Part shown: piece after piece, positions 15,866-28,955 of the stretch
Layout of the letters: each line of letters starts with the position of its first letter
Numbering within the stretch: position 1 is the first letter of the stretch
From: Actinomycetota bacterium
GTDB taxonomy: Bacteria > Actinomycetota > Humimicrobiia > Humimicrobiales > Humimicrobiaceae
DNA: 39,649 nucleotides
Reading direction: 5' to 3'
Assembly: GCA_004376325.1 (NCBI GenBank)
Contig: SOKC01000062.1
Coordinates: forward strand, 1-39,649
Program-made: the position numbers and the translations under genes
The notes under the pieces: generated by a model
What the model was told of the DNA's origin: nothing
Databases searched by the model: none
What the model saw: the letters and a program-made list of their open reading frames with translations, nothing else

Positions 15866-16789
15866 ATGATAAAAGTAGAAAACCTTACTAAAAAATTTGA
15901 AACTATAACTGCAGTTGAGAATATTTCCTTTGACATAAATGAAAGTGAAATATTTGGATTTCTAGGCCCCAATGGAGCAGGAAAGACAACTACCATAAGA
16001 ATGCTTTCAACCCTTATTTCTCAAACTTCGGGAAAGATAACCATAGACAATAGAAGCCCGGAGAGTGATGGTGAATATATAAGGTCAATTATAGGACTTC
16101 TGACCGAGTCTCCTGGAATGTATGAGAAAATATCCGCTTACGATAATCTTGATTATTATTCCAGCTTTTATAGTATCTCCAATACCATTAGAAAAAATAA
16201 TATTAAAAAATATCTTAAGATGTTCGATCTCTGGGACAGAAAAGATGACCTGGCTGGTACTTATTCAAAGGGTATGAAGCAGAAACTGGCACTATCCCGC
16301 GCACTGATACATGAACCAAAGATATTATTCTTAGATGAACCAACTGCAGGGCTTGATCCTGAGAGCGCTCATATGGTAAGGAATTTCATTGAAAGCCAGA
16401 AAAAAGAAAAAACTACTGTTTTTCTCTGCACCCATAATCTTGAGGAAGCATCAAATCTTTCCGACAGGGTATGCATAATAAAAAGAAAGATTATAAGGAT
16501 TGCTACACTTTCAGAACTTCAAAGTGATGATAAAAATAAAAGGGTTGAAATTGTATTTACAGATGATGCAGATAGATATATTAAATTGCTAGAAGAAATT
16601 GATGAAATAAAAAATATCCAGTCAGATAAAAACAAGGCAACTTTAGTAATTGAAAAGCCTGAAATTTCAAATCCCATAATTATTAAAAAACTGGTTGATA
16701 GCGGCGCTCAGGTCCTTTATTTTAATGAAATAAAGGCAACCCTGGAGGAAATATATCTTGATTTAATAAAAGATGAAGAGGCAAAATGA
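15866..16789 (+). CDS. ABC transporter ATP-binding protein (ABC-2 exporter type)
   Basis: Walker A GPNGAGKTT, signature YSKGMKQKL, Walker B ILFLDEPT. Confidence 0.9.
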   Translation: MIKVENLTKKFETITAVENISFDINESEIFGFLGPNGAGKTTTIRMLSTLISQTSGKITIDNRSPESDGEYIRSIIGLLTESPGMYEKISAYDNLDYYSSFYSISNTIRKNNIKKYLKMFDLWDRKDDLAGTYSKGMKQKLALSRALIHEPKILFLDEPTAGLDPESAHMVRNFIESQKKEKTTVFLCTHNLEEASNLSDRVCIIKRKIIRIATLSELQSDDKNKRVEIVFTDDADRYIKLLEEIDEIKNIQSDKNKATLVIEKPEISNPIIIKKLVDSGAQVLYFNEIKATLEEIYLDLIKDEEAK

Positions 16790-17577
16790 AAAACGCTGCA
16801 GTAGTTTTTAAAAAAGAGATTAAAGAGGTTATAAAAAATAAGAATATATGGATGCCCATCCTTATAATCACCGCCATATTCTCAATTGCCATGCCTCTGG
16901 TGTTTATTCTTGGAAGCAATTCCATATTAAAGGATGAGGATACCTTAAATTTTATAAATAAAATATTTGGCCAGGTCGGTGATCCCTTAAGGGTACTTAT
17001 AGGATTTATTTTAAAGCAATTACTTATTTTCTTACTCATACTCCCTGCTATGGTTCCAAGCCTTATTGCTCCTTCCTCGGTAATTATGGAAAAGGAAAAT
17101 AACACCCTTGAGCCGCTTCTGGCAACACCACTGAAAACATCCGAGTTGCTGCTTGGAAAATCACTTACTGCACTTGTCCCATCCTTTGTTATTTCTACCA
17201 TCAATTTCATTATATTGACCATAGTAGTTGACGTAGCTGCTTATATTAAATTAGGCTATGCCCCTCTCCCAACCATGGAATGGGTTATTGTGGCTTTCCT
17301 TCTTAGCCCGATACTATCCTTTATAATCACCATGGCAAGCGTTATAGTTTCATCAAAATCCACTGATATAAGGTCCGCCCAGGGAATAGGCGCAGTGATA
17401 ATAGTACCCATTTATCTTGTTATTGGACTTCAGCTGGCAGGATTTTTTCTTCTAAATATTACTTACCTGCTTATAGGTTGTCTGGTACTGCTTGCAGTTT
17501 GTCCATTGGTTTTGAGGCTTGCAGTCAAGATATTTGACAGGGAAAATATCCTTACCAAATGGAAGATGAAGGCTTAA
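16786..17577 (+). CDS. ABC-2 type transporter permease
   Basis: Multi-span hydrophobic protein. It overlaps the ATPase gene by 4 nt. Confidence 0.75.
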   Translation: MKNAAVVFKKEIKEVIKNKNIWMPILIITAIFSIAMPLVFILGSNSILKDEDTLNFINKIFGQVGDPLRVLIGFILKQLLIFLLILPAMVPSLIAPSSVIMEKENNTLEPLLATPLKTSELLLGKSLTALVPSFVISTINFIILTIVVDVAAYIKLGYAPLPTMEWVIVAFLLSPILSFIITMASVIVSSKSTDIRSAQGIGAVIIVPIYLVIGLQLAGFFLLNITYLLIGCLVLLAVCPLVLRLAVKIFDRENILTKWKMKA

Positions 17578-17588
17578 ATAGTTTGAGC

Positions 17589-18521
17589 CTATCCAATTTT
17601 ATTTAAAAAAAGTTTTTTTATATCTTCATCTAATGCCGGAGTGGGACCAATTTGTGAGGATACCCATGATCCTAATCTGTTAGCTGAGCTGCTCATTTCT
17701 CCAAGTGTCCTGCCACCTAGATACTGTATGACCATTGCTGCTGTAAAAGCGTCTCCGGCACCTACTGTATCGGCAACAGAAACTTTATAGCCGGGGTGAT
17801 CATAATAATCACTTTCATCTATAAGAAGGCTTCCATCTTCTCCCCTGGTAAGACATATCAGCTTTATACCGTATTCATTTATAAGCTTCCTGCAAAAATT
17901 AATATCATTTTTCTCATTGGAATAATTCATTAAATTTCTTAACTGCCTGAGTTCTTCTTTATTTAATTTAAGTATTGTTGCAAGCTCCAGTGACCTGATA
18001 ATTGTTTTAAGGGAATAGAAGTTTTGCCGCAAGTTTATATCAAGCACTTTAATAGCAGTGCTCCGGGCCATTTTTAAAAAATTAACAATAGTCCTGCGGG
18101 ACTTTAAAGACCTTTGTGCCAGCGTACCAAAACATATAACATCGGCTTCTCTGGCAAGCTTTTCCCATCTATTATTTAATTCCAAAAAATCCCAGGCAAC
18201 ATTTTTATTTATAATATAATCCGGTCGTCCGCCATCATCTATTTTTACATCAACTGTCCCGGTCTGGTGTTTGGAATCAATTTGAATGAAATCCCTGGCT
18301 AAACCAAGCTTAAATAAAGAATCCATAATCTCTTTTCCCAGGAAATCATCGCCAACTCTACTGGCAACTAATCCATCCTGTCCTAATTTTTTAACAAAAT
18401 AGGCAAAATTAGCCGGAGCCCCACCCAACTTTCTGCTATGTGGAAATACATCCCACAATATTTCTCCAATACCTACTATTTTATGAGGCACTACTATCCC
18501 TCCTGCGGAGATAGAATCCAA
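17589..18521 (-). CDS. PfkB-family carbohydrate kinase (fructokinase-like)
   Basis: GAGDAFTAA ATP-binding motif near the C-terminus and GGAPANFA near the N-terminus. Confidence 0.8.
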   Translation of the reverse strand: MDSISAGGIVVPHKIVGIGEILWDVFPHSRKLGGAPANFAYFVKKLGQDGLVASRVGDDFLGKEIMDSLFKLGLARDFIQIDSKHQTGTVDVKIDDGGRPDYIINKNVAWDFLELNNRWEKLAREADVICFGTLAQRSLKSRRTIVNFLKMARSTAIKVLDINLRQNFYSLKTIIRSLELATILKLNKEELRQLRNLMNYSNEKNDINFCRKLINEYGIKLICLTRGEDGSLLIDESDYYDHPGYKVSVADTVGAGDAFTAAMVIQYLGGRTLGEMSSSANRLGSWVSSQIGPTPALDEDIKKLFLNKIG

Positions 18522-18640
18522 TAAAAATGGTTAATGATAATTTAAACTTTAGAAGCTCTTGCTAGCGCAACGTTTGTTTTATTATTTAAAACAAAACTAC
18601 ATCATAAGTATCTTAATATATTGAATAAATGAGCCACAAA

Positions 18641-19702
18641 CTAACTTTCTAGAAAATCTCTTAAAGCTTTGCTTCTATTTGGGCTTCGTAATTTATTTAG
18701 AGTTTTAAATTCTATTTGTCTAATTCTTTCTCTGGTAACACCAAATTCCCTTCCAACCTCTTCTAGTGTTTTCGGTTGACCATCATTTATACCAAATCTA
18801 AGCTCTATAATTTTTCTTTCCCTATAATCTAATGTATTAAGTGTCTCTTTTAGCTTGTTTTGAAGCATCTTGAAAGATGCAGCATCTGCAGGTGCCTCTA
18901 CTTCCGAATCCTCTATAAAATCACCAAGGTGACTATCACCTTCTTCACTTATTGGAGTTTCAAATGAAACAGGATGCTGGCTTATTTTAATTATTTCTCT
19001 TACCTTATCAGGGGTAAAATCCATTTTCTCTGAAATCTCTTCAGGTGAAGGATCTCTACCAAGTTCTTGGAGTAGTCCCCTCTGAACCCTTATCAATTTA
19101 TTAATATTCACTATCATATGAACCGGGATTCTAATAGTTCTGGCCTGATCAGCCAAAGCTCTTGTAATAGCTTGCCTTATCCACCAGGTTGCGTACGTAG
19201 AAAATTTAAAACCTCTCCTGTAATCAAATTTCTCTACCGCCTTTATCAGTCCAAGATTTCCTTCCTGTATGAGGTCTAAAAAAAGCAAACCTCTTCCAAA
19301 ATACTTTTTAGCGATACTTACCACCAGTCTCAGATTCGCCTTTACCAGCAATTGTTTTGATACAGGATCTCCAGCTTCAATTCTCTTTGCCAGTTGCACT
19401 TCTTCAAAAGCGGTAAGTAGTCTTATCTTACCAATCTCTTTAAGATACATTCTTACCGGGTCATTAGTAGGATACTTTATAGTAAGATCCGGTTTTCTTT
19501 TTAATAGATTCTTATCTCTTTTTATATTTTGAACTTTAGTATCAATATCTTCATCTTCTTCACTTACAATCTCTATCCCCAGATTCTGAATAACATTATA
19601 AATATTTTCAATCTGTTCCTTGGACAGCTCTATATCTGAAAGAGTTTCGGTAATTTCCTCCGTTGTAAGCAGGCCATCTACTTTACCTTTACTGATCAGC
19701 AT
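18641..19702 (-). CDS. rpoD: Primary-type RNA polymerase sigma-70 factor
   Basis: Region 2 ([40 protein letters not shown]). Regions 3 and 4 ([20 protein letters not shown]). Confidence 0.9.
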   Translation of the reverse strand: MLISKGKVDGLLTTEEITETLSDIELSKEQIENIYNVIQNLGIEIVSEEDEDIDTKVQNIKRDKNLLKRKPDLTIKYPTNDPVRMYLKEIGKIRLLTAFEEVQLAKRIEAGDPVSKQLLVKANLRLVVSIAKKYFGRGLLFLDLIQEGNLGLIKAVEKFDYRRGFKFSTYATWWIRQAITRALADQARTIRIPVHMIVNINKLIRVQRGLLQELGRDPSPEEISEKMDFTPDKVREIIKISQHPVSFETPISEEGDSHLGDFIEDSEVEAPADAASFKMLQNKLKETLNTLDYRERKIIELRFGINDGQPKTLEEVGREFGVTRERIRQIEFKTLNKLRSPNRSKALRDFLES

Positions 19703-19903
19703 CTTTACTTCTTCTAATTTAAACTCTACTCCTCTTTTAATTTTTAATCACCCTAATCCTTATAAATAATCTAAACTTTTTGATTTTTACCCAGTATAAA
19801 TTAATAGAATAATTTTAAAAAACATATTTAAATAAATACCTAATTCAGGATTGTGGATAAAATTGCTTGCAGAATCTTACCATAACTGGGAATTCTAAGA
19901 AAA

Positions 19904-20251
19904 CTACCTAAACCTTTTTCTTAATTTTCTTAACTTATAATTAAGATCATCTTTGGGTGTGTTCCGGTAATTACCACTTCTTCTATTTCCACTAAAACTT
20001 CTATTTTCCTGAGGTCTGGCTTCATTTACTAAAAGTTTCCTTTCCTTAAAATCACTCTGGTTAAACTTTTCCATAGCTTTTGTTGCTTCTTCCTCAGTTT
20101 CCATTTCCACAAACCCGAAGCCTTTTGATCGACCATCCAGACTTCTAATTACTTTTGCATAAGTTACCTTACCTTCACTGGAGAATAGTTCCTCCAGTTC
20201 TTTATCTGTAGTAGAGTACTCCAGATTGCCTACATATAGTCTTTTATTCAC
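19904..20251 (-). CDS. RRM-type RNA-binding protein with a basic Arg/Asn-rich tail
   Basis: RNP-2 LYVGNL and RNP-1 KGFGFVEM. GTG start. Confidence 0.85.
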   Translation of the reverse strand: MNKRLYVGNLEYSTTDKELEELFSSEGKVTYAKVIRSLDGRSKGFGFVEMETEEEATKAMEKFNQSDFKERKLLVNEARPQENRSFSGNRRSGNYRNTPKDDLNYKLRKLRKRFR

Positions 20252-20390
20252 CTTGATTTCCTTTCACTTATTAAAAATCATCTTTAAACAAAAAAACAGA
20301 AATAATATAAATAATGCATAAAAATGCTGATTTTAATTTAGAATGTTAGCCAAAAAAAATTCAGACTTATTCCATTAACACATTATTTAA

Positions 20391-20595
20391 CAGTGACACT
20401 CCACAGAGCAAGCCCTGCGGCTTCTGCTTAGTTTACTAAGCATTCTTTTTCCTGCTTCAATGTCGAAGACAACCCTTCAACTCCACAGGCGTCAATTCCG
20501 CTGTGCCCCAGCGTATTTTTTACCGATTCATCCCCGCTGCAAGCAGACGGAGTTTTCTCGGCAACTCTTGAATAACCTTACTGTTGCTTTTTATT
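20391..20595. ncRNA. Candidate structured RNA: a GC-rich island in AT-rich intergenic DNA; class and strand unknown
   Basis: Several hairpins can be drawn: TGCTTAG-TTTA-CTAAGCA at 20425-20442, GTCGAAG/CTTCAAC at 20462-20481 around a 6-nt loop, and AAGCC/GGCTT at 20410-20423 around a 4-nt loop. On the plus strand, GCAAC (20561-20565) and GTTGC (20583-20587) flank a 17-nt loop and are followed by TTTTTATT (20588-20595). No credible ORF. Confidence 0.35.
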
Positions 20596-20678
20596 ATACC
20601 ATAAAAATATCATCAGGTGTTCATTTTATTTGATATTCATTATTATACAATTTCGACTTATTGAGAGATTAAAATAAA

Positions 20679-20867
20679 ATGCAATTGAAAATAAAGGTTT
20701 TTGATTTGTTATATAATACAAAATGTCCAGAGTGTAAAAGAATGGTTGATATTAATTGTAGCATTACTGTAATTGGACATTTAGCTCCTCTTGTAAAAAA
20801 GCATATATACTTCGAGTTTCATTGCCCAATTTGTAACAAATCCAGCTCAAACTCTTATAGTTTATGA
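20679..20867 (+). CDS. Small putative zinc-ribbon protein (CPEC...CPIC)
   Basis: 62-aa ORF with two CxxC pairs. There is no other support. Confidence 0.3.
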   Translation: MQLKIKVFDLLYNTKCPECKRMVDINCSITVIGHLAPLVKKHIYFEFHCPICNKSSSNSYSL

Positions 20868-20891
20868 CCGGGCAGATATTTATAAAATTTT

Positions 20892-21923
20892 TTAATGTAA
20901 GAGTTTAGACAATTTATAAAGTTCCTGATCCATTGGCTTCTCTTCTTTTATAGCCTTCTCCAGAGGAACTGATGTTATTGCACCATTTTCCATAACTGCC
21001 ATTTGGCCAAATTGTCCTTCATGGACTAACTCTACAGCTTTTGCTCCCAGCCTGGTGGCAACAATCCTATCAAAAGCGGACGGTCTTCCGCCTCTTTGCA
21101 AGTGGCCAAGTATGACTACTCTGGTTCCATAACCTGTTCTTTTCTCAATTTCCCTGGCAATAACATTGCCTACTCCGCCAAGCTGCACATGGCCAAAACT
21201 ATCAATTGCACCAGAAGCTGTTACCTGCTCTTTAACTTCAGCCGGCTTTGCTCCTTCAGCAACTGCGATTATAGTAAAGTCCTTGCCTCTTTCCCTTCTC
21301 TTTTCTATAACATTTACAATTTCATCATAGTCAAAAGCAACCTCAGGAATTAAAATAACATCGGCTCCACCGGCAATCCCTCCACTTAAGGCAAGCCAGC
21401 CTGCATCTCTTCCCATAATTTCCACTATCATTATTCTACTATGTGAAGATGCTGTAGTGTGAAGCTTATCAAGGCAATCCGTTACAACCTCCAGTGCAGA
21501 GTCACTACCTATAGCATAATCAGAATGAGCAATATCATTATCTATAGTCTGAGGAACACCAACGCCTTTTATTCCATACTGGGTCAACCTGGTTATAACC
21601 CCATTAGTATCATCTCCGCCAATAGTTATTATGGCATCCAGCTCAAACTTTTTTATATTCTCTTTAACCTTTTCAACTCCATTTTCTATCTTGAAAGGAT
21701 TAGTCCTTGATGTTCCAATTATGGTACCGCCTTCTCCCAGTATCCCTGAAACTGATTCCCTGTCCAGTTCTACTATATTGCCTTTAACCAGGCCTTCCCA
21801 TCCATTTTTAATCCCGATTACTTTATATCCATACTCAGATGCCTTTAGATAAATTGCTCTTATAGCTGCATTTATTGCTGGAGAATCTCCTCCACCTGAT
21901 AAAATACCTATTTTCTTTATCAT
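20892..21923 (-). CDS. pfkA: 6-phosphofructokinase (PfkA family; phosphoryl donor uncertain)
   Basis: Motifs GILSGGGDSPAINAAIR, IGGDDTNG, PQTIDNDI and VEIMGRDAGWLAL. Confidence 0.85.
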   Translation of the reverse strand: MIKKIGILSGGGDSPAINAAIRAIYLKASEYGYKVIGIKNGWEGLVKGNIVELDRESVSGILGEGGTIIGTSRTNPFKIENGVEKVKENIKKFELDAIITIGGDDTNGVITRLTQYGIKGVGVPQTIDNDIAHSDYAIGSDSALEVVTDCLDKLHTTASSHSRIMIVEIMGRDAGWLALSGGIAGGADVILIPEVAFDYDEIVNVIEKRRERGKDFTIIAVAEGAKPAEVKEQVTASGAIDSFGHVQLGGVGNVIAREIEKRTGYGTRVVILGHLQRGGRPSAFDRIVATRLGAKAVELVHEGQFGQMAVMENGAITSVPLEKAIKEEKPMDQELYKLSKLLH

Positions 21924-22113
21924 TTTTATCTCCTTCTAAAATGATAATTTATTTGTATTATATAAGCCTGGTATAATAAGATAATAATTTATTTACAATA
22001 TACAAGCATGGTTCTTGCAGTCAAACCGACTCCAGGCATAAACTTATAATTAAATATTTTTTAAAAAATTAACCTCTATCAAAATTAAAATTATATTAAT
22101 TTTTGGCATATAA

Positions 22114-23565
22114 TCAACTTAATTTTTTAATTATGATCTCATTTACCATTCCGGGATTTGCCTTGCCTTTGGTTTTGGCCATTACTCTTCCAATTAAAAA
22201 GCCTATAGCTTTATCCTTTCCCTCCTTAAACTGTTTCACGGGGCCGGGATTATCTTTAATGACCTCCTCAATAACGGCTTCCAGCAAACCTTCATCGCTT
22301 ATCTGCTCCAGCCCCCTATCTTCAATAATCTTCTGTGGGTTTTTTCCGGTACTGAACATCTCTTCAAATACTGATTTGGCTATTTTATAATTGATTTTAC
22401 CCTTATCAATTATTTCCAGCATCTTACAGAGGTTCTCAGGAGTTACCCTGCTATCTTTGATGGTCATTTTTTCTTTATTTAGAAGTGCGCTGAAGTCACC
22501 CATTATCCATTTGGCAATATTTTTAGCATTATTATAATGCCTGCAGCACTGCTCAAAATAATCTGCCAAACTTTTATTATTAGCCAGAAAGCTGCTGTCA
22601 TATTTGGGTAGGCCGTACTGCTTCTCAAATCTTTTAGCTTTTGCAGAAGGCAGCTCGGGAATTGTCTTTCTAATATCCTCTATCATCTTATCCTCTATAT
22701 AAATAGGAACCAGATCTGGCTCAGGAAAATATCTGTAGTCATGGGCTTCTTCTTTAGAGCGCAGGACTTTGGTGGTTCCTGTTTTGCTGTCATAATGCCT
22801 TGTCTGCTGAATTATTCCACCGCCGGCCTCCAGAACTTTAATCTGTCTTTTAACCTCATATTCCAGACCCTTTTGCAGGAATTTAAAGGAGTTTAAATTT
22901 TTAATCTCGGTCTTTGTTCCAATTTTATCTTCGCCTGTTTTTCTTACAGAAACATTGGCATCACACCTCAAGCTCCCTTCTTCCATACTGCAATCGCTGA
23001 CATCCAGAAACAGAATTAAATTCCTCAAGACTATCATATATTCTTTTGCTTCCTCGGGTGACCTTATATCCGGCTCTGTAACAACTTCTATAAGAGGAGT
23101 TCCGGCACGGTTAAAATCAACTATACTGGCTTCAGATTCACTTATTCTTCCGGTTATTCCCTTATGCAGGAGTTTCCCCGTATCTTCCTCCATATGCACC
23201 CTGGTTATTCCCACTCTCCTTATATAGCTGCCTATATCAATATCAAGGTAGCCTCCGACTCCCAGAGGCAGGTCATACTGTGAAATCTGGTAATTTTTAG
23301 GCATATCAGGATAAAAATAATTTTTTCTGTGGAAGATAGTATATTTTCTAATCTTACAATTTAGTGCCAGGGCAATCTTTGCGGCATATTCAATTGCCTT
23401 TTTATTTATAACTGGAAGTGACCCCGGATGTCCCAGACATACAGGACAGGTATATATATTTTTCTCCTCACCAAATGAAAGCCTGCACCCGCAAAACATC
23501 TTGGTATTGGTATAAAGTTCAACATGAGTCTCTAAGCCTATAACTGGTTCATATTCGTTTTTCAT
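22114..23565 (-). CDS. gatB: Asp-tRNA(Asn)/Glu-tRNA(Gln) amidotransferase subunit B
   Basis: IGLETHVEL, CPVCLGHPGSLP, and a C-terminal YqeY-like tail. Confidence 0.9.
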   Translation of the reverse strand: MKNEYEPVIGLETHVELYTNTKMFCGCRLSFGEEKNIYTCPVCLGHPGSLPVINKKAIEYAAKIALALNCKIRKYTIFHRKNYFYPDMPKNYQISQYDLPLGVGGYLDIDIGSYIRRVGITRVHMEEDTGKLLHKGITGRISESEASIVDFNRAGTPLIEVVTEPDIRSPEEAKEYMIVLRNLILFLDVSDCSMEEGSLRCDANVSVRKTGEDKIGTKTEIKNLNSFKFLQKGLEYEVKRQIKVLEAGGGIIQQTRHYDSKTGTTKVLRSKEEAHDYRYFPEPDLVPIYIEDKMIEDIRKTIPELPSAKAKRFEKQYGLPKYDSSFLANNKSLADYFEQCCRHYNNAKNIAKWIMGDFSALLNKEKMTIKDSRVTPENLCKMLEIIDKGKINYKIAKSVFEEMFSTGKNPQKIIEDRGLEQISDEGLLEAVIEEVIKDNPGPVKQFKEGKDKAIGFLIGRVMAKTKGKANPGMVNEIIIKKLS

Positions 23566-23643
23566 TTCTCCAGTCCAGATATAATAGTTATTAATTTTTA
23601 AAAACCAATCCTATATTAGCTGATAAAAATACCCGGTAATCCG

Positions 23644-25101
23644 TTATAACCCCGGCCTGCCAGTAAAGCCTATTACCTTCTCCAGGCTGTAAGCTACCTT
23701 AAGCACATTATCCTCTCTCAATACGTTCCCAATAATCTGCAATCCAATAGGCAATTTACTACCGGACAGCCCTGCAGGAATTGAAATTGCCGGCAGTCCT
23801 GCCAGATTTACCGGTATAGTGCAGATATCCGAAAGATACATAGTCAATGGGTCTTCTATCTTCTCTCCAATCTTAAAAGCCGTAGTAGGCGATGTGGGAG
23901 AGATCAGAACATCAAATTTTTCAAAAGCTTTTTTAAAATCACCTATAATGAGCGTTCTTACTCTCTGCGCCTTCTCATAATACTCATCATAATATCCTGC
24001 TGACAGGCAGTAGGTTCCTATTATTATTCTTCTTTTAACCTCATCTCCAAATCCCTCTACTCTGCTTCTGCGGTACATTTCCCTTAAGGACTCCGCTTCC
24101 ACGTTCCTGTATCCATATCTTACTCCATCAAATCTTGAAAGGTTTGAACTGGCTTCAGAAGGAGCAATAATGTAATACACGCTCAGCGCATATTCCAGGC
24201 TTGGCAGTGAGATCTCTTCAACTATGCCACCTATATCTTCGGCCAGTTTGATGATCCTGTAAACTGCTTCTTTTACTTCCCGGTCGATACCTTCAACCAT
24301 CAGTTCCTTTGGAACCCCGATTCTCATATCTTTTATGTCTGCCTTAAGGAAACTTTTATAGTCCGGAACCTCCACATTTATAGAGGTGGAATCTTTTCTG
24401 TCATGGCCGCAGATTATATTAAGCATCGCTGCGCAATCTTCAACATCTCTTGTAATCGGCCCTATCTGGTCAAGGGAAGATGCAAACGCTACCAGTCCAT
24501 ACCTGGACACCATCCCGTATGTGGGTTTAAATCCTACAACGCCGCAAAGAGATGCAGGCTGCCTTATCGAGCCGCCGGTATCAGATCCCAGCGAGCATGC
24601 AGCTTCACCTGCTGCAACACAGGCTGCAGGTCCGCCGCTGGACCCACCCGGCACCCTGTCAGTATCCCATGGGTTTTTAACAGTCCCGAAATAGGAGTTT
24701 TCATTGGATGAGCCCATTGCAAACTCATCCATATTTGCCTTTCCAGCCAGTATATAATTCCGGCTTTCCAGTCTGTCAATTACCGTAGCATTATATATAG
24801 GAATATAGTTTTCTAAAATTCTGGATGCGCAGGTTGTAGTTATATTTTTGGTACATATATTATCTTTTATAGCAACTGGTATGCCCATAAAATCTTCTAT
24901 ATCACTGCCGGCGCTTATAAGCTTATCTATTTGCCCTGCCCTGGATAAGGCACTTTCCTTCTCCAGCCTGATATATGAATTTAGTCTGTCCTCAACCTCT
25001 TCAATTCTCAAATAGATGCTCTTAACAATCTCGGTGCAGGATATCTGTCTTTTTTCCAGCCTGTCTTTAAGTTGGTGAGCAGTAAGATAATGAATTTCCA
25101 A
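23644..25101 (-). CDS. gatA: Asp-tRNA(Asn)/Glu-tRNA(Gln) amidotransferase subunit A
   Basis: Amidase signature GGSSGGPAA...[12 protein letters not shown]. Confidence 0.9.
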   Translation of the reverse strand: MEIHYLTAHQLKDRLEKRQISCTEIVKSIYLRIEEVEDRLNSYIRLEKESALSRAGQIDKLISAGSDIEDFMGIPVAIKDNICTKNITTTCASRILENYIPIYNATVIDRLESRNYILAGKANMDEFAMGSSNENSYFGTVKNPWDTDRVPGGSSGGPAACVAAGEAACSLGSDTGGSIRQPASLCGVVGFKPTYGMVSRYGLVAFASSLDQIGPITRDVEDCAAMLNIICGHDRKDSTSINVEVPDYKSFLKADIKDMRIGVPKELMVEGIDREVKEAVYRIIKLAEDIGGIVEEISLPSLEYALSVYYIIAPSEASSNLSRFDGVRYGYRNVEAESLREMYRRSRVEGFGDEVKRRIIIGTYCLSAGYYDEYYEKAQRVRTLIIGDFKKAFEKFDVLISPTSPTTAFKIGEKIEDPLTMYLSDICTIPVNLAGLPAISIPAGLSGSKLPIGLQIIGNVLREDNVLKVAYSLEKVIGFTGRPGL

Positions 25102-25113
25102 AATTTCTCCTTA

Positions 25114-25401
25114 CTAGTCTATCTTTGGCACTTTAAAGCCATCATTTGCCTCATCAGGGGCATTTTTAAGCGCAAACTCCTGGGTAACTGACTCTTCTAC
25201 CATATCCTCCCTGAAAACATTCTTTATATCCAGTATATGTGATGTCGGCTGAATTCCTTCGGTATTTACACTGTTTATATTAGCAACGTGGTCCAGTATC
25301 CTGTCCAGTTGAGAGGTAATTTTTTCTATATCCTTTTCACCAAATTTCAGTTCTGCCAGTTCTGCCACATGCTTCACATCATCTTTAGAAATTCTTTTCA
25401 T
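25114..25401 (-). CDS. gatC: Asp-tRNA(Asn)/Glu-tRNA(Gln) amidotransferase subunit C
   Basis: 95 aa. VKHVAELAELKF...LREDMV pattern. It lies directly upstream of gatA. Confidence 0.85.
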   Translation of the reverse strand: MKRISKDDVKHVAELAELKFGEKDIEKITSQLDRILDHVANINSVNTEGIQPTSHILDIKNVFREDMVEESVTQEFALKNAPDEANDGFKVPKID

Positions 25402-25523
25402 AAACTATCCTTTTTTTGAAGAATCACCGGTACCGGTAGTTTAAACCGGCCAGTTCAACCCCGTCACAAGCGGACGGGGGTCTTGGCGGGTTTTCATAAC
25501 ATTTTAACAAATATTTTGCCCTA

Positions 25524-26303
25524 TTAATACATTTTTACAATTTCCAGCTCTCCCAGTAAAAACAATATTAGAATAAGGTTGTACGCTCCATGAAGAAAAA
25601 TTACCGGCATAAGAGATCTTGTCTTTTCAAACAGATAAGCAAAAAGCCACCCAATAATCATAAGAGGTATGAAACTATATAATTCCAGGTGTACTATGGC
25701 AAATAAAAAAGAGGACAAAAGCAGTGCAACATTGACGCCCCAGCTTTTCTTAAACGCTGAGTACAAAAATCCCCTGAAAAAAACTTCTTCGCTAAAAGGG
25801 GCAATCACCGCCACTACTACAAACAGAATATTACTTGATATGCTTCTGTTTCCGACCAGTATTTCAATCTTGCTTGCAGGGGCCTCTATCCCAAACAGTG
25901 AATTCATTATATACACATACAGGAAGCTGACAAAAAAAATAGCAAGCAGTGAAAGAAAAGAGTACCAGATGGTTCTTGCGATACTGTAATACCTCAGTCC
26001 CAGATCCCTAAAGCTTGCCTTCCTCCGGAACATAGCAAAAAACCAGACCACCCCCAGCATAAGCACTATCTGAATTCCATATAACACAGTAAAACTTACA
26101 TTGCCAATATTGGAAGAGTTAAAGAACTGCTCGCCATCCAGCACTTCAAATAATTTTTTCATTCCAAAATAAATGCCTACAAGTACAACCGCTAAAAATA
26201 TTAAGGAGATTACAGCATCAAGGGCATTCCATTTTATATTTAAAACATTGTTCTGTTTTCCTGTTGAATTTGTCTCTTTTAATTTATTGCCAGTCATATT
26301 CAA
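25524..26303 (-). CDS. CPBP-family intramembrane glutamic endopeptidase (CAAX protease-like)
   Basis: EEVFFRGFLY, FAIVHL and FLHGAYN motifs. Polytopic membrane protein. Confidence 0.8.
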   Translation of the reverse strand: MNMTGNKLKETNSTGKQNNVLNIKWNALDAVISLIFLAVVLVGIYFGMKKLFEVLDGEQFFNSSNIGNVSFTVLYGIQIVLMLGVVWFFAMFRRKASFRDLGLRYYSIARTIWYSFLSLLAIFFVSFLYVYIMNSLFGIEAPASKIEILVGNRSISSNILFVVVAVIAPFSEEVFFRGFLYSAFKKSWGVNVALLLSSFLFAIVHLELYSFIPLMIIGWLFAYLFEKTRSLMPVIFLHGAYNLILILFLLGELEIVKMY

Positions 26304-26317
26304 AAACTTATAAAAAA

Positions 26318-28955
<2,638 letters not shown>

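Noticed and set aside
18572-18597. An AT-rich hairpin (GTTTGTTTT...AAAACAAAAC) as the rpoD terminator.
   Set aside because: The stem is entirely A/T-rich with a bulge and is not followed by a U-tract on the minus strand. This is not convincing.
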